A stretch of DNA of 61,496 nt, filler included. It is 5 parts of 5 records of this genome, joined end to end, with 100 filler letters (N's around TTAATTAATTAA, not from the genome) between each part and the next. Parts side by side here need not be neighbours in the genome. Positions count along the whole stretch, not along the records: positions 1 to 15,550 come from DRR378314_309; 4 more parts are not named here. One strand, 5' to 3'. The first letter of the stretch is position 1; each line of letters opens with the position of its first letter. Below, piece after piece: positions 1 to 13,700 of the stretch. The position numbers and the translations under genes were made by a program. The notes below the pieces were generated by a model that saw nothing but the letters and a program-made list of their open reading frames with translations, was not told the origin of the DNA and searched no databases.

Positions 1-3000
1 TGCACAAGCGCACGCGAACGACTGCGCGGAGCAACTGGAAAGGCTCGGCCTGGATCACGGTTGACCATATAGGGTGACATATAATCCCTTGTCGTCCTAG
101 TGGCCGCGTGTGGGGTCGCAGTATAGAATGACAGAAGCATGCTCGCGCCAGCGACTGTGGCTGGCTGCGCCGCAGCATAAACGCCTCCAGTCGTGCAGGA
201 TACGTAAACGGTGACGTAAGTTTTCCGTGTGGACCCACCACAGCGGAGTGTTTGCCAGCTGAAAATCCAGTCGTCTTACCGTGGCACCACGAGGGCTCTC
301 CCGCTGCTCGAAAGAATTACGCATGTGTCTTGCGAAGGCAAGTGTTAAGTAAGCACAAGGAGATGATTCTCGCCAATCCTCGCGTCAATGTACTACATTG
401 GTTTGGTGTAGTGAATAGATAGCTCGGTGTGCCTCGGGCTGATCCGGCGCCGCGCTTCCAACTGCACGTCTTGCTGGTCAGTGGTCCGCTCCAGGACCAG
501 TGCGCGAACTCTGCGGGCCTGCGCACTTTCCGCTGCGAAGCATCGAATTTCCACGGCCGATAGCACGTCTTTCGCATTGTTTTCAGCGCACTGGAGATCT
601 AGAGCTGTGATGTAATGCGTCTTTTATTTCCACACGATGATGTGCGTCGTAACGCGATACTGAAGGTAGGGCGTGAGAGCTTGGGGCGCTTACAAGGCCG
701 CACGTCGACGTCGTCCTCGCCCTTGACGCGAGTGCGTTCCAGTCTGCTTTGGCGGGGCGACGTGGGGAGCAGGTGGCCTGCTGACGAATGCGCGGCCGGG
801 CTGCCTTTTCGCGATTGCAGCGACCCTGTCCATGTATGAATTAGCTAAATGGCGAGGTGGTGGGAATAATCTCACTCCTTGTTTCGCTACAAGCTTTGTA
901 TGCGCTGTTAAGTGCTCCTGCGTAGGCGTTGCGTCTGCCGTGTAGAGCGCAGGCACGCTGCACCTTCTTCGCGACAGAGTTGGCATAGCTTAGCGGGCGA
1001 CTGCAGCGAGGTCGTTGCGTTCTTTTCTCTTTGGCCGTGCATTGAAGGGAGCGTGGAACAGACGAGCGTTTCGTGCCGCGTATTCTCGCGCGCTTGAGTT
1101 ACACGGTTCACTGTGTTTGGACGACGTGCAGCTGCTCTCCAGCTATTACACGCGCCGGAACCTTGGCTCACCGTTTGTGCGCAGAGCAGCGTATCGTTGG
1201 GCGCTTGGTCCGGGGGGCGAAAGTGCGCCTGACCAGTCCTATCTCTGTAGTATCAGCGGAAAGCACTTGGTAACATGCATTCTGACGTACGTTCTCTATG
1301 TGAAATTCGCAACAAGCGACAAAAGACGTCTTTTATTTCTGTGAATCGTGTGTGCTAGCCTGGCTTATGAAGCTCTAGTGAACTGGCAGAAACGATGCGG
1401 TTGTGCGTGTTCTCTACCTGGCGTGATCTGCGTTCTCGCGGGCACCGGTATTCCAATCCAAGCCTTTGCTCGGAGTGCGACTAGACACAAAAGGGAGCCG
1501 ATACTTTGTGCCTAAGCAAAACTTGGTAGCACGCAAAGATGGCATCCAGAGTGCGCACATCTTGGGATGACAGGATGGGCTGCCAATCGCACATAGATCG
1601 CAGCGCCCACCCAAACCTCGGAAAGCGGAGTAGGCGAAATGGCAGCGTTTTGCCGCCTGAAGGAGCTTCCAGCGGCCGCGGCGCGTATGAGGTTGGCAAT
1701 CTAGGTTTTCGTTTCCATTCCTCCGCAGCGCGCTGCCAGGCATAGCGTCTGCTCCAAAGCCGCTCCGCGAAGGCCGGTCCATTTTCGCGTCGTATAGGAC
1801 AAAACTGAAATTAAACTGCTCCGACGGCTCAATAAAAAGAATGATCACGTATCCAGAGAGCAAAAATTGTACCTGCTCCTACGAGGCTTCCCATGGTAGA
1901 CTTTGCATCGACGCTGCCGCGCTGCTCGCGCGTGAGGTGCGCCGTGCTTTGTCTTTGCAAGCTGCGCAGCCGATGGCCGCGTGCCAGAGCGCGCCCACCT
2001 GACCTCCTCTCGCAGGCTCCGTTGTGTCGCTCCGAACGACCGCTCGCACAAATGCACGTGTTACATTCCGTGCTTGGCCGATTAATGTGAAAGCTACATT
2101 TATGGTTGCCCCCTTTTGTGGTTTGTAAAACGGGCGGAGGCCCTTTTGCAGTACGGTTGGCTGACGCCGACCTACCGTTCCCTACGCCGCACTCGCCCAC
2201 TCACACGCACAGAGCGCCCAGCCAAGTGTATCTGTAACGCGCGGACGAAAAGGCGCCCGCAGGCCATGACCCTCTTTATTCCTGCTGCCTGGTGGCTTTC
2301 ACGTTACCAAAGATTCCACCGACAGTCGTGGAAAAGGGATTATAGCTGTCTGATAGGATGGCGGCCTCGCATTCCACCAAGTCCGTCGCTGGTCCCGTCA
2401 GCGAGAGCGAGTTCTCGCCGTTGCTCGGGAGTGAGCGAAACGCGAGAGAAGAGTAGTAGGAGATTCGCTTCCTACCTCCGCGCACGCGGTTGAGCGGCGA
2501 GCGTCATGGCTACTCCTTGTGCAAGCACCCAAGCGAAGAACCTGGTCAGCCAAGTATGGCTTGACAATTGACAGTAGTCCTTTATGTTGTGAAAATCTCG
2601 TGAGCACGCGCGAGAGTCGGCGCGTGGCCGAATCCGGCCGCCTGTGTTCTACGGCAGCGCGTTGTGGTCGCGCTGGCGTGCGCGCCAAGGGCCAGCCGGC
2701 TCTCTGCGCGGCCGCACGCGCAGATCGCCACCGAGCTCCTCGGCAGCGCCCCCGGGGGCTCGAATACATACTTCCGCTCCTACCCCAAGAAGCTCTCGTC
2801 TGTACGCACTACGTACACACAAACCTAAAATTATAAGCTATGAGTTTGGGGACATGGGCGGGGGCGCGCGTTCTCTGGGGCAGCAAGGGGCCACTAGGCG
2901 CGGCGTGCGATCGGACGAGTTCGTCGGCGAAACAGCACTACTGACGCAAAACTGCTCCCGCGCTCCGATCGTGTTCTTCCTGCTCTCCGCAACCCCTCCT

Positions 3001-3047
3001 GGGCACACTTAAATATACTACAGCAACGTGCGAATAGAAGGAGAAAC

Positions 3048-6000
3048 ATGTCTTCGATGAAGGGCGTCTGCGCTGGTCTTCAGCTTGTGCTGTTGTGCTC
3101 GCTGTTGGGCTCGTCGCGTTCGCTGCGCGCCTCGTCGGCTCCCGACCACATTCGCTACGTCCAGCGCGGAGGAAGCAACTTTCCGTCGTGTGGAGCAATT
3201 GATGCACCGTGTTTCGATATTCTCCCCGCGATTAATTGGGCAAATGTGCAATCAGACGAATCAATTGAAATTCGAATCCTGGAATCGGATCCGCCTCTCT
3301 CGTGTGCCCTTGCGAGTCATCCTTCCACAATCGATGTGAATGTTACGCTGCGCGGGTGGCCGGGAGTGACGGCGTTGGACTGCGAGTGGCGTGGCGGACT
3401 GTCGCGACTAACACAACTTACTTTACAAAACCTGCACTTTTCACGGTGTGGGAAGCCCGATGGGACTCAAGTTTGCGCAAAAAATGTCGCTTTGACAAAT
3501 ATAACGGTGGATGGCTGTGTCGACAAGTGCTTTGAAACGGAAGGCGAGGTGAAGAATGTGGCAATGAGCAACGTGGTGGGCTCGCCGTTTTCTGTCAAAA
3601 TAGCAGACCCGCCATTCTCCCTGGTCTTCGACGGTCTAAATACCACACAAAACGTCACTGGCCCCTTGATTTATTCTGGATTAACTGGACAGCCCAGTAC
3701 AATAACAATCACAAATTCGAATCTTTCGCTACAAGGAACCGAAATCATCACGCGGACGAGTATCACGTTGTCCATTTTCAACTCGACACTCACGAACGTA
3801 ACGATGGTTGATTTCACCGAAAAGATCATTGTTCAGGACTCAGTGTTTCAAGACTCGAACAGTATCCAGATACGTGGACAGAACTCATTCACTTCGTCCA
3901 TCGAGCGAACGATATTTCGTCGCGTTGCATCGGCGCATTCGCTTGTGTATTTGTCCTATATCCGAGTAGAAGACTGTATTTTCGAGGACATCGCAGGTCG
4001 TGCGCTGTATGCGAATGGCCCAGCGCCGGATCCAGTCCGGCGCTGCACATTCCGCAACGTTTCGAGGCCGATCGAGTGCTATGCGGGCGGAACTGCAACC
4101 GTCGACTCGTGCGACTTTCGCGATTCGCATGGACTTCGAGAAGATTACATCGTTGGGCAAGGTGAACTCACGCTCAGGAATAGCGTGATCCGCGATATCT
4201 CGTTTGCGACCGAGGCCTCTGCGATCTCGTTGCGCACGAACACGCAGAAGCTTCTAGCTAATGTGACGCTGATCAATTGTACGTCTCCCTTTTCGCGAGC
4301 GGCGATGTATGTCGAGGAAGCAGGTCTCTTCCAGGACACGTCGATTCAGGGGTCCGGAATCGTGGATGGACCCGCGGCGCTTGTCATGGAATTCGACTTT
4401 GTCAATGCCATGGGGAACTACACGGCTGCGAACCAGTCGTTATCGCTGCAGTGCAATCCAGGGTCCGAACCGGCGCTGTCGACCGTTGCAAACCTCGCGG
4501 TGAGCTGCCGTCGGTGCTCGGAGGGCTCGTACTCCGCTTCCGGCGGCCTCTTCGTCCTACATTCCATGAACTCGCCGACATCGTGCCAGCCGTGTCCAGC
4601 AAATCTGCGTTGTGCAGGAGGCGACAATGTGTTTGTGAGCGCCGGGTACTATGCGGTGCAGTCCGGATTCACGTTTGATGCTGTCCGTTGTCTTCCGGGC
4701 AGATGCTGCGCGCAGCCGGGAGGATGTCCCGTCCAGAACCAGTGTAATCCCAACATGAAGGGCATATTCTGCAGCGAGTGCGAACCAGGATACTCGCTCA
4801 CGCTGGACGGACAGAATTGCGTACCTGATTCCTCGTGTAATAACCAGTGGTACTTTGCTGTGGTTGCGCTCTTTTCCTTTGGGTTCGCGTGGTACATCGT
4901 GGTGAGCAAGAAGCTGAAATCCAGCGCTACAATGGTCGCGCAGCTCCTTCACACGTACCAGATCATGAAACAATCGTATGTCGCTCTCAGCGCCGATGAC
5001 GCGGGAGAGTGGACCGACAGAGCGTTTTCCCTGTTTTCCTTCTCGTTTTCGCCCAATGTGTGCGCGCAAGCTGGCATGAGCGCGACAGATATTGTCATCG
5101 TGGAGCTTTTCATGCCCGGTATGGTGGCGGTTAGCATGATCGCGATCTACGTCGCAACGGTTGCGTCCCACAAATGGCGCAAGAAAGACGCAAGTAAGGT
5201 ACAAGAGATGTTTGCGTCGAAGTTCGTGTGGATGCTGCTCTACACGTACACGTCGGTGCTTGCTGTGTGCGTCTCGCTTCTCACGTGTGTCTCCACTCCC
5301 GCGGGATCGCGGATGTTGTATAACGGAAGCGTGGAGTGTCTCGCTTCGTGGCAGCAGTGGGTCGTGCTCGCGCTGATCCTCGTCGTCAGCGTCCCGCTTT
5401 TCTTCCTGTACATGCTTTATCGAGCACACAAGGCGAAATCCAGTGGCAAGTCGTCGCGCATATCGGAGTACTTCGCACAGGGTTATACGGACAGAATGTG
5501 GTATTGGGAAGGGCTTTTGCTCTTTCAACGAGTTGTCGTTGTCATCCTCGGCAATGTGCTCCCGACGAAAACGATCGCCGTTTCTCTAATGGCCATTCTG
5601 GAGAATTGTGTCCTCATTCTAACTGTTGCCAAGCGCCCCTTTGTGGACACGCTTCTCCAAAGCAGCAGCGGACTGTTTGGGTGCGGAGCGCTTGCGTATA
5701 TGATTGTCAACGTCGCACGTGCTCCGCTGAGCGATTTCAGCGTTGTTGCAACACAAGATGTAAAGGATTTCCTCGGAAGTGTCTTGTCGGTTGTGTCCTC
5801 TCTCGTCCTCGTTGCACTGTCGCTCGCGTTCTCGCAGCGCTTTCGCGAACGATTTGCGGCGCGACGCGAAAAGAAAGCGGCGAAAAAGAAAGCGAAAACC
5901 GACAAGGACAAGGCCAAGCTCCATCTTGCGCTCGGCGAGTTTCCGCGCAATTCGGTGTCGCCGACGGGACGTTCGTCCATGTCAGCGCAGTCGCTGCTCT

Positions 6001-6137
6001 CGGGCGGTTCGTCGCCGCACGCGAACAGTTTCCGGGAAGACTCGGCGACAAACGGGGAAGCAACCGATCTTGCCAAGTCGCCAAGCGAGCGCTCCATGTC
6101 CAGCGACGGGTTATCGCCTGCGGAGCGTCGCGTATAG
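3048..6137 (+). CDS. Intronless 1029-aa predicted surface receptor: signal peptide, parallel beta-helix (pectin-lyase-like) ectodomain, Cys-rich region, multi-pass TM C-terminal domain, Lys/Ser-rich tail
   Basis: Long ORF with N-terminal hydrophobic segment (LQLVLLCSLL). Beta-helix-like repeats (VEDCIFEDI, VRRCTFRNV, VDSCDFRDS, LRNSVIRDI). Cys-rich stretch (CRRCSEGSYS, CQPCPANLRC, GIFCSECEPGY). Many hydrophobic helices with a YTDRMWYWEG motif. Confidence 0.85.
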   Translation: MSSMKGVCAGLQLVLLCSLLGSSRSLRASSAPDHIRYVQRGGSNFPSCGAIDAPCFDILPAINWANVQSDESIEIRILESDPPLSCALASHPSTIDVNVTLRGWPGVTALDCEWRGGLSRLTQLTLQNLHFSRCGKPDGTQVCAKNVALTNITVDGCVDKCFETEGEVKNVAMSNVVGSPFSVKIADPPFSLVFDGLNTTQNVTGPLIYSGLTGQPSTITITNSNLSLQGTEIITRTSITLSIFNSTLTNVTMVDFTEKIIVQDSVFQDSNSIQIRGQNSFTSSIERTIFRRVASAHSLVYLSYIRVEDCIFEDIAGRALYANGPAPDPVRRCTFRNVSRPIECYAGGTATVDSCDFRDSHGLREDYIVGQGELTLRNSVIRDISFATEASAISLRTNTQKLLANVTLINCTSPFSRAAMYVEEAGLFQDTSIQGSGIVDGPAALVMEFDFVNAMGNYTAANQSLSLQCNPGSEPALSTVANLAVSCRRCSEGSYSASGGLFVLHSMNSPTSCQPCPANLRCAGGDNVFVSAGYYAVQSGFTFDAVRCLPGRCCAQPGGCPVQNQCNPNMKGIFCSECEPGYSLTLDGQNCVPDSSCNNQWYFAVVALFSFGFAWYIVVSKKLKSSATMVAQLLHTYQIMKQSYVALSADDAGEWTDRAFSLFSFSFSPNVCAQAGMSATDIVIVELFMPGMVAVSMIAIYVATVASHKWRKKDASKVQEMFASKFVWMLLYTYTSVLAVCVSLLTCVSTPAGSRMLYNGSVECLASWQQWVVLALILVVSVPLFFLYMLYRAHKAKSSGKSSRISEYFAQGYTDRMWYWEGLLLFQRVVVVILGNVLPTKTIAVSLMAILENCVLILTVAKRPFVDTLLQSSSGLFGCGALAYMIVNVARAPLSDFSVVATQDVKDFLGSVLSVVSSLVLVALSLAFSQRFRERFAARREKKAAKKKAKTDKDKAKLHLALGEFPRNSVSPTGRSSMSAQSLLSGGSSPHANSFREDSATNGEATDLAKSPSERSMSSDGLSPAERRV

Positions 6138-7718
6138 AGCGTTTAGGCCCCGTTTTTGCTTCAAACCATGCATGTGAGGATCCAGACCTGCCTTGAGCAC
6201 GGGAGGTTTAGAAATATTTGCTTTCCTCTATGAGAAACATTGTGCAAGGAGAACGAGCGTTCTTATGTACTTTTTGCACCTAATGGGAATCAGAGGCCAT
6301 ATGGTAGTGGAACGAAAAGAATTTGTCAAGGCCAAGGTTGCGCTACTTGGCGAGGTAGCGCAGGACAGCGGAGAGAAATGCTGAACGAATTGTTGTAGAC
6401 GAAGAGCAATGGCATCTTTCCGCTTGGAAAGGACAGGTTTCCTTGTGCGTCGTTGCGTTTGAGTCGCTCTGCCTTTGCGCGCAGACTGTCGCTTGAGACA
6501 AAAACGAAGGAACTTTTCTGCTTCGTACTGGACTAGATGTTGTCGATACTTGTCGTCGAGCGCAACTTTTGTTTCTGCATGTTGGCGAATCTTGGCGAAA
6601 ATGTGCTTTCACGAGATCTCTTGTGTCGTGTTGTTGCTTTCACGACAATTTCTTCTGCCGTCGCGCTCTTTGCAGCGAAGAGCGTTTCAGCACGCGGGCC
6701 TATTGTATATGAATGAGTGGGTCATATATTGCTTCAATCGTTGCGCTTTATGGACGGCTTCAATGTTGGAAGTAGATGTCGTGCCTTCTCGATCGAGAGA
6801 TGCTGGCGAACGAACTGCGTTGTTCGCCGAGCTCTCTCGTTTTTTTTTGACGAATAAATGGGATACGTTCTTCATTTCGTCCGAAAAGAGGCGCACGCTT
6901 GGGTAGTGGGAAAAAACTGTGCATGTAGACAAGGTGATGCGATATCTTTTTCTCCGGCAGAGCGAAAGCATCTCTGGCTATGCGTTTCCACGGTGGTTGC
7001 GCGCGCGTTTGGCACCGTGGGCTGTGAAGCAGCGCCTTCAATCACGTGCGCGCGCTCGCGCCCTGCGTCGCTGTATACGAAACAAATAGAAAAGACAAAC
7101 GAAAGTCTGTATTTTGTTTTCGGCCTATAGACCGGAAGCTTGTGTCGCTGGGGCCAAACGCTGTAGTGAAGTGGTTGAATCTAGTGAGTGTGCTTGCTGT
7201 GAAGAGACGAATAGGGGACAGTAATTGCCGGTTCTTCTGCGAGCGACCGGCGTTCGCCGCTTCGCCGCCTCGTAAGCGCAGACGACGTGCTATGCAGTCG
7301 CCTTTCCCTAAAACGTTCACAAAGTACACGTCGTATTATTTTTTCTTTCGCAGCGACATATACAAGCTTCTTGCCTCTTCCTATGCAACGCCGCTTGCAG
7401 GGAGATTCTGTGCGTGCTATCTTTGGGACTTTCTGTTCCTTTTTTTCTCTCGTCTCTCGCAGAGCGAGTAGGTGCTCTCTGCTCCCTCCGCGATGTCCGG
7501 GAATCACCGGGATCAGGGAATAACTGATTTCTTCCCTTTTGCGGGAAAGCACCGCCGCCGTACCCTCTCGGAGCTCTGGCTCCGCCGCCCAACCGCCGAT
7601 TTTGCGCGGGCGAGACCAGCGGATCCTCCCTGCTTCTCATCGTCTGCGCGCCCCTTTCGCCTGGTTGCCAAGTTGCAAGCGCGAAAGCGGGACGACCCAG
7701 CACAGCGCATCTTCCACA

Positions 7719-10700
7719 ATGGCTGGTCCTCGTATTCAGGTTACTTGTTTTCTCCTTTTATGCGGATTATACACTGCCGTCTCTTCAGGTGCGCGCTTTG
7801 CCACAGCAGCGGGGGCTGCGTCTGTGTCGGAAGTGACTTTTTGTGGCCGTCGTTACGCGCTGTCGAGCAAGGTTGTGGCGCAGCGAAGCACGTTTGTCGG
7901 CCGCACCCTCGACGGAGCTCCCCAGTCCCTTGCAGGTCGTTCACTAACGCTTCTATGAAGCCCCCACGAGCACGGTAGGTATATGTAATACCTTACCATT
8001 GTGTTGCATGATATAGCTGGGTACATTGTGTTCTCTATGGCGTCGAACCGGCGCAATGCTGGAGGAGGAGTCGTGGCCAGGGCGTCAAGGTGCACGGGGG
8101 GATGCGGCAAGGGGGCGCGCGCCTCGTTCTGCTCGTTCGTATCCTCAGGCGCTCCTCGACGCTCGACTCCCCTAGTGCTTTCGTTTCGTAGAGCGACGAG
8201 CGCTCAGCCCAGACCGCAAGGTCGATCATTTGTTTTGTTGTTCGTTTCGTACCTTGAATTCACCAGTGCCTGTATGATGATGTGAACTTCTTCTCGTGAC
8301 GAGAGAGTCTGATTCTCTCCTCGCGCTTGGCGCTTTCACGTGTCGCGTGAGCGGTGACGGAAGCCCAGCGCGGACTACTCGCGCCACCTAGGGAGCGCGC
8401 CTCCCCGCTTTTGGCGTGCATGCACTAGCGCGTGCTTTCTCCGCCGGGAGACTCCCTGACAGCTTTCTTCTGGGACGTAAATTCGTATGCAAGGAACATC
8501 CAGCGTTTAATTCGCTCTTGCTTCGCAAGCTGCAACAGTTTCAGCATATTGCATGTTGTTGTTGTGCGGGTGGACGAAGAGCAGCAGGTGCAGCCTTCCA
8601 CTGGTGGATTTGCCTGCCTTGGCGCTCGTTCCTGTCCCGCTCTGCTGCAATGTCCGTGTGCCGCGACGCAGTTGTCCACTTCAATCGGAATGGTGGAACG
8701 GGCAACTAACCACGATACTCCGATACGTATCTTACACTCAATGCAAACCATCTACTCATTCATGCTGCTCCCGCAGCTCTATTCTGCAGCAAATCTGGCA
8801 CTTGTGCGCGGCGAAACGAATCTTGGCACTAGCAGGAGGAGGATTTGGGCCGTACTGTCGCGCAGACATGCCGGCAACTCTCACGCACGCCATGCGCGAT
8901 GGTACTCTGCCCCGTATTTTGCGAGCTGCGTACAGTTTCGCGTAACTTGAGTTCTCCTTGCAACATTGTTGCAATCTGCAGAATATGCCAAAGCTTCGGA
9001 GGGCCCGCGCGAGCGCACACTTGGGAACGTGCTCCCCGCCACTTCGACGGCGAGCGCTGAAGCTACATCGAGTCTAACCACAACGACGTGCAAGTACGTA
9101 CCTCCTCGAGGACTTCGCTTTCGTAAAGGACCTTTTTAATTTCTACCGGACCTATCTCTTCGTTATCGATTTCCGTCAACTACACTTCCGTGCGCTGTAG
9201 TTTTTCGAAAGCAAAGCCTCCTGCTTTGTATTGGATAGTGTTCAAGTAGTTGACAGGAAGTAGAAGTAGAACAATTTCTTGTTCCTTGGTTTCCTTTCGC
9301 TGCTGGAACTATGCGCGATCGAGCGTGCGGAAGGTGTAATTTTCTCAAAAAAAATCTCATCGGGAAGCTTTCACCGTTGCTTGTCGGGCAAGAGCAGGGA
9401 AATAGCGTCTCTTTTTTGTTGGATTCTGAGCATGTGAATGTGCTCTTGCAAAGGTCTGCGTTGGAACCACTTCGTTCGATGCGCTATTTCCAGGCCTTCA
9501 CCGAGCTAAAAGAATTCTATTTTGTGCGGCTCGGAAAGTGCAAGAAAATCAAAGAGGAGCAATCATGAGTGTGTCCACAGCAACTGTATTTTGCATAGCT
9601 ACGCGCCGCAAAGCTGTGCTGTACCAACCAGAAGAGCCAGAGAGGCGCTGTGCTGCTCTGTTACCTCCCTCTTCATGTTTGATTGATTCATTTCTTTGGC
9701 ACACATTTCATCTCATTTTTTTCTCTCTCCTCTCTCTGCTTCCTGTACAATCTGTTGTCTGCTTGCGCACGTTTGCATCGCGTTCGTCTGGCGATGAAAA
9801 GTGCGAATGCGGCGCTGGTTGAGACGTGGGATGGATCCTCGTGCGTGTGTGCGTACGGCTTCCGCGGTGACGGAAGTATATGCAATAGTGTGGAGCGAAC
9901 GTGCAACTTCACCTCGCTAGAAGTTCTGAATCCAGGCACAGGAGATGTTGAAGAGCAGTTTGGTAAATCAGTGCAGCTAAGCGACACGGGTGCCATTCTT
10001 GTCGTTGGTGCTCCGAAAAAAACACTCACCTCCGGTGGACGAGGAGCTGTGTACGTGTATACGCGGACCATCCTCGGAAATGGCTCTGCCACACCCTTCA
10101 CGCACCAACAGAACATTCTGGCCTCCGCTGTGGGCAGCAGTACGAATTTTGGCAATGTCGTTGCGATGGCGAAGGACGGCAGTTCGTTTGCTGTCGGGAC
10201 ATCCGATTTCGAAGTATACGCTTTCCAGTCGGATGCGTCTGGCAGTAAAGTGTTTGACGACGAAACGGGAATGTTACTAAGCGCGACAAGAAGACCAGGG
10301 TATTGCACGGAAAGTGGCTCGTCGGGTCCTCCCTCTGGCTTCCAGGCTGAGAGCATGTCCATGAACGCGAATGGAACTGTGTTGCTCTCGGTGGGCCAAT
10401 GCCTGGAGAAGAATCTTGCAGGCGAGATTTGGGAAAGGACATCGCCAAGCTCGACTGACTGGAACATAACGTTATCTGTAGATCGACATAATGAACCAGA
10501 AGCAACTTCCTTTTTAGGAAACGGAGAAGGAGCCTTGTTTACCGGATCGATAAGTGACGATGGAAATGTAGTGCTAATGACGGCGCGATTCAACAGCAAA
10601 GGAAAGCTCTTCATCTGGCGGCGCAGACACCGCACGGCGGAGTGGACAGGACCTTTCTTCATTCAAGCATCGTCCAAAAACTTATCCATACCTTCAGGAG

Positions 10701-13700
10701 TTTCAGGGGCGAGCTTCTTCGCTCAGTCCTCGTATCTCAGTGGTGACGGCCTACGAATCGTCACTCTTGCGAGAGGATACATTGGGGTATTCCGCGCGAA
10801 GAGCCAGCGCGACAACTCTTGGGTGTGGGAGGCAAAGATCGACCTAGCAGATCTCGTTTTCCCGACTTCTGCTTTCTCGCCAACACTTGGAAACATCTTG
10901 GTGTACGGTCAAAGCGGGTCAGGTGGCGATGATTTGGACCAATGGTATCTGAATACGGGCGAAGGTAGAACTAGTAATCTGCCAACACCTAGTACATTAT
11001 CATCGGATGCAGACTTTGCCGTGTACGTTACTGGTTCTGCCAACGGACAGTACGCCGCCACCGGCGATCTTAGGGTTCAGAGCAAAAACGGCAGAGCGTA
11101 CGTCCAGCGCATCGCGTGCACACCGCCAACTGGGAAAATGACGGTTGCAAATGTGTCATTTTCGCACGACCGCGCTGGCGATCTCGCCACAATGTCGCTG
11201 CATCTTCAGCCGGAATTCTCCATGTCGGAGCCAAACGCCGTCCTTGTCCTGCGGTTTCCACCGCTCTTCAACGCGAGTAGCCCCTTTGCCACGATCCGCA
11301 GCGCCGGCTCGCCGCAGAACCGCAGTTGCTCGGGAGCGTTGCAAGCGAGTGGGTACTACGAATTGCGGTGCAGTAGCATGCCCAGTGTGCTGGCAGGGCA
11401 AGCTGTCGCTGTGAACGTGAGCGGGCTCGTGCTTCCGCGTCGCAGTGGCAGTGTGGGGAGCGTGCGCGTGCGCATCGAGCTACCGAGCACCGGCGCGGTC
11501 CTCGAAGAAGGCGACGTCGATCCAGCGATCACGCTCGGTCCCAATGTGATCTCGCATGCATCTGTCACGGCGGTAAGCCCAATTTCCGGTGTGTCCACGA
11601 GCCTTAATGTGAAATTTACGGGGTTCAACTCGGTTCCCCGCGAAGGCACGCTCAAGCTCACCTTTCCGCCATCGATTGCGATGGCGCCCAACGCGAGCGC
11701 GTACGGAGTGTCAGGAATCAACACATTCCTGCGTCTTAGCGTTTCTGGGAACACGGCATCCGTTCGCCTAACGGGATGTGGAACCGCGGAGCTCGTCGCC
11801 GGTGTTCCGGAGAACGCCATTGCCCCAGGGACAGCGGACGCGCTCTTTGTGATCACCGGAGTCCAGATGCCAAACTACTCCACAAGCGACACGGGGACGT
11901 TTCACATTGCTTCGTATTTCACAAATGGCGCAATGATTGACAATAGCACGGAGCTCGCCGGTTTCAGCGTGTCGCCCGCGGTGATCACCGATGCGCGCGT
12001 GACGCTCACGCAGAGTGTCGTCGATAGCAACGGTACCGTGCAAGTTCGCTTTACGCCCCAAACTGCGATTGGCAGCGGCGGCTCTGTTGATCTGACGCTT
12101 CCCAATGGATTTCGCGTCGAGAATCAGGACACTTATGTGGCGGTGACGGTCGACGGTGTCGCGGTCTCGGCTGCGGCGAATACGTCGTCGGGACTGCTAA
12201 CGATTCGCATCACACTGACCAATGCAATGCTGGCTGATAATGGGACGAGGATCGAGATTGCAAATGTGAGGAACCCTCCGTTTGCCGGTGTGCCTGGCGA
12301 CGTCCTGATCGTGACGCGGCAGCCGAATCGCACGGCAATCACCGACCGTGGTGTCGGCGCGACGCCGGCGATCGTCGCGGTGTCTGCGCAGGCGTCGATA
12401 TCCGGGCCGGAAGGCCCGGTGACGGCCGGAGTGCCGGCGTTTTTCGCCGTCGAGAACGCCCCTACTTTCGCCTATTGGATCGAATTAGTCAATAATTCCG
12501 ACAGCACAGCGGCGAGTGCACTTGATGCGCATCCCGTTGTCCAATGGTCGAGTACTGGGCTTCGCATCACGTTTCGCGGCACGTTTGCGTACCGCATTCT
12601 CGCGGCTGTGTCGCCGACGGGGTCGAACCTCACCAACACGCCGCTCGTCGTCTCGCCGCGACCAGGGATCGATGGAGTCAATGCCACTGTCGTAGGACTG
12701 ACAAAGGAGAGCATCGGTGTGTGGTATGCATCCAGTCCTGTCGGAACGGGCAGGCAGGAACAGCCGCTTGTCCTGCGCGGGCGCGCCCGCATGCTGTGGG
12801 ACAACGCCACTTCGCCGCCGCCGGCGCTGCGCTGCGGGCTCGCTGACATCGCAGGCGCGCGCGGCCTCTCGATCCTCAACGCCTCGCTCGTCGCGGTACC
12901 CGCTACCGGGCCGACCCCTGGGCGTTGGACAAACTTCTCGTGTCATATCCAAGATACACAGGCATTTGGCGCCTTTTCTCTGCGCCTGTGGGTCGAGTGG
13001 AGCGGCGTGGCATCGCCGGCAGTGTCGTCAGAGAACGTTACGCTGCGGTGCGCGCCGGGCTTCCGGCGCCTTGCGGACCTCCCGCTGTGCGCCGCGTGCG
13101 GCGTCTCGACGTTTTCCAACACGACGGACGCGGCCGCGTGCCTCCCGTGCCCACCAGGCGAGTCGACAACCGTGGACCGAGCCACAGAGTGCTCCAAGTG
13201 CCCTGCAGGAACATTTCTCTCCATCGGAAATGCGACAGCTGGGAACGCCAGCGGCAGCGCCGCGGCAGACGCGTCGTGCGAGCGCTGCGCGGCGGGGAAG
13301 TACGGCGCGTCCGAGGGCGCCACAGCATGCGCGCCGTGCAGTCCTGGAAAGTATGCCCCAGATCGAGGTCTGACAACGTGCATCTCGTGCGCTCCGGGCT
13401 CCTTTTCCAATGTATCAGGCGTGGCCAAGTGCGACGCCTGCGCAGCGGGTACGTGAAGCTTGCCGCAGTGCGAGAAACGAAGGAATTGAATACCACGAGG
13501 TTCACGGCGCTGCGCCCGCTCCCCGCCTCTGACCGTCCCTGTCTTCGTTCGCGCCGGTACCCTCTCGCGTGCTCTCTGTGCTTGTAGGCAAGTTTGCGAA
13601 TGTGAGCGGGTCTGCAACCTGTCACATATGTCCCGATGGCACCGTGTCGAGCACGCCAGGGAGCGCCGGGTGCCCGCCGTGCCCGCCGGGGACGTACGGC

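Noticed and set aside
8274..8312. C-box (ATGATGA) ... D-box (CTGA) snoRNA-like pair
   Set aside because: Only about 39 nt long, with no terminal stem or recognisable guide.
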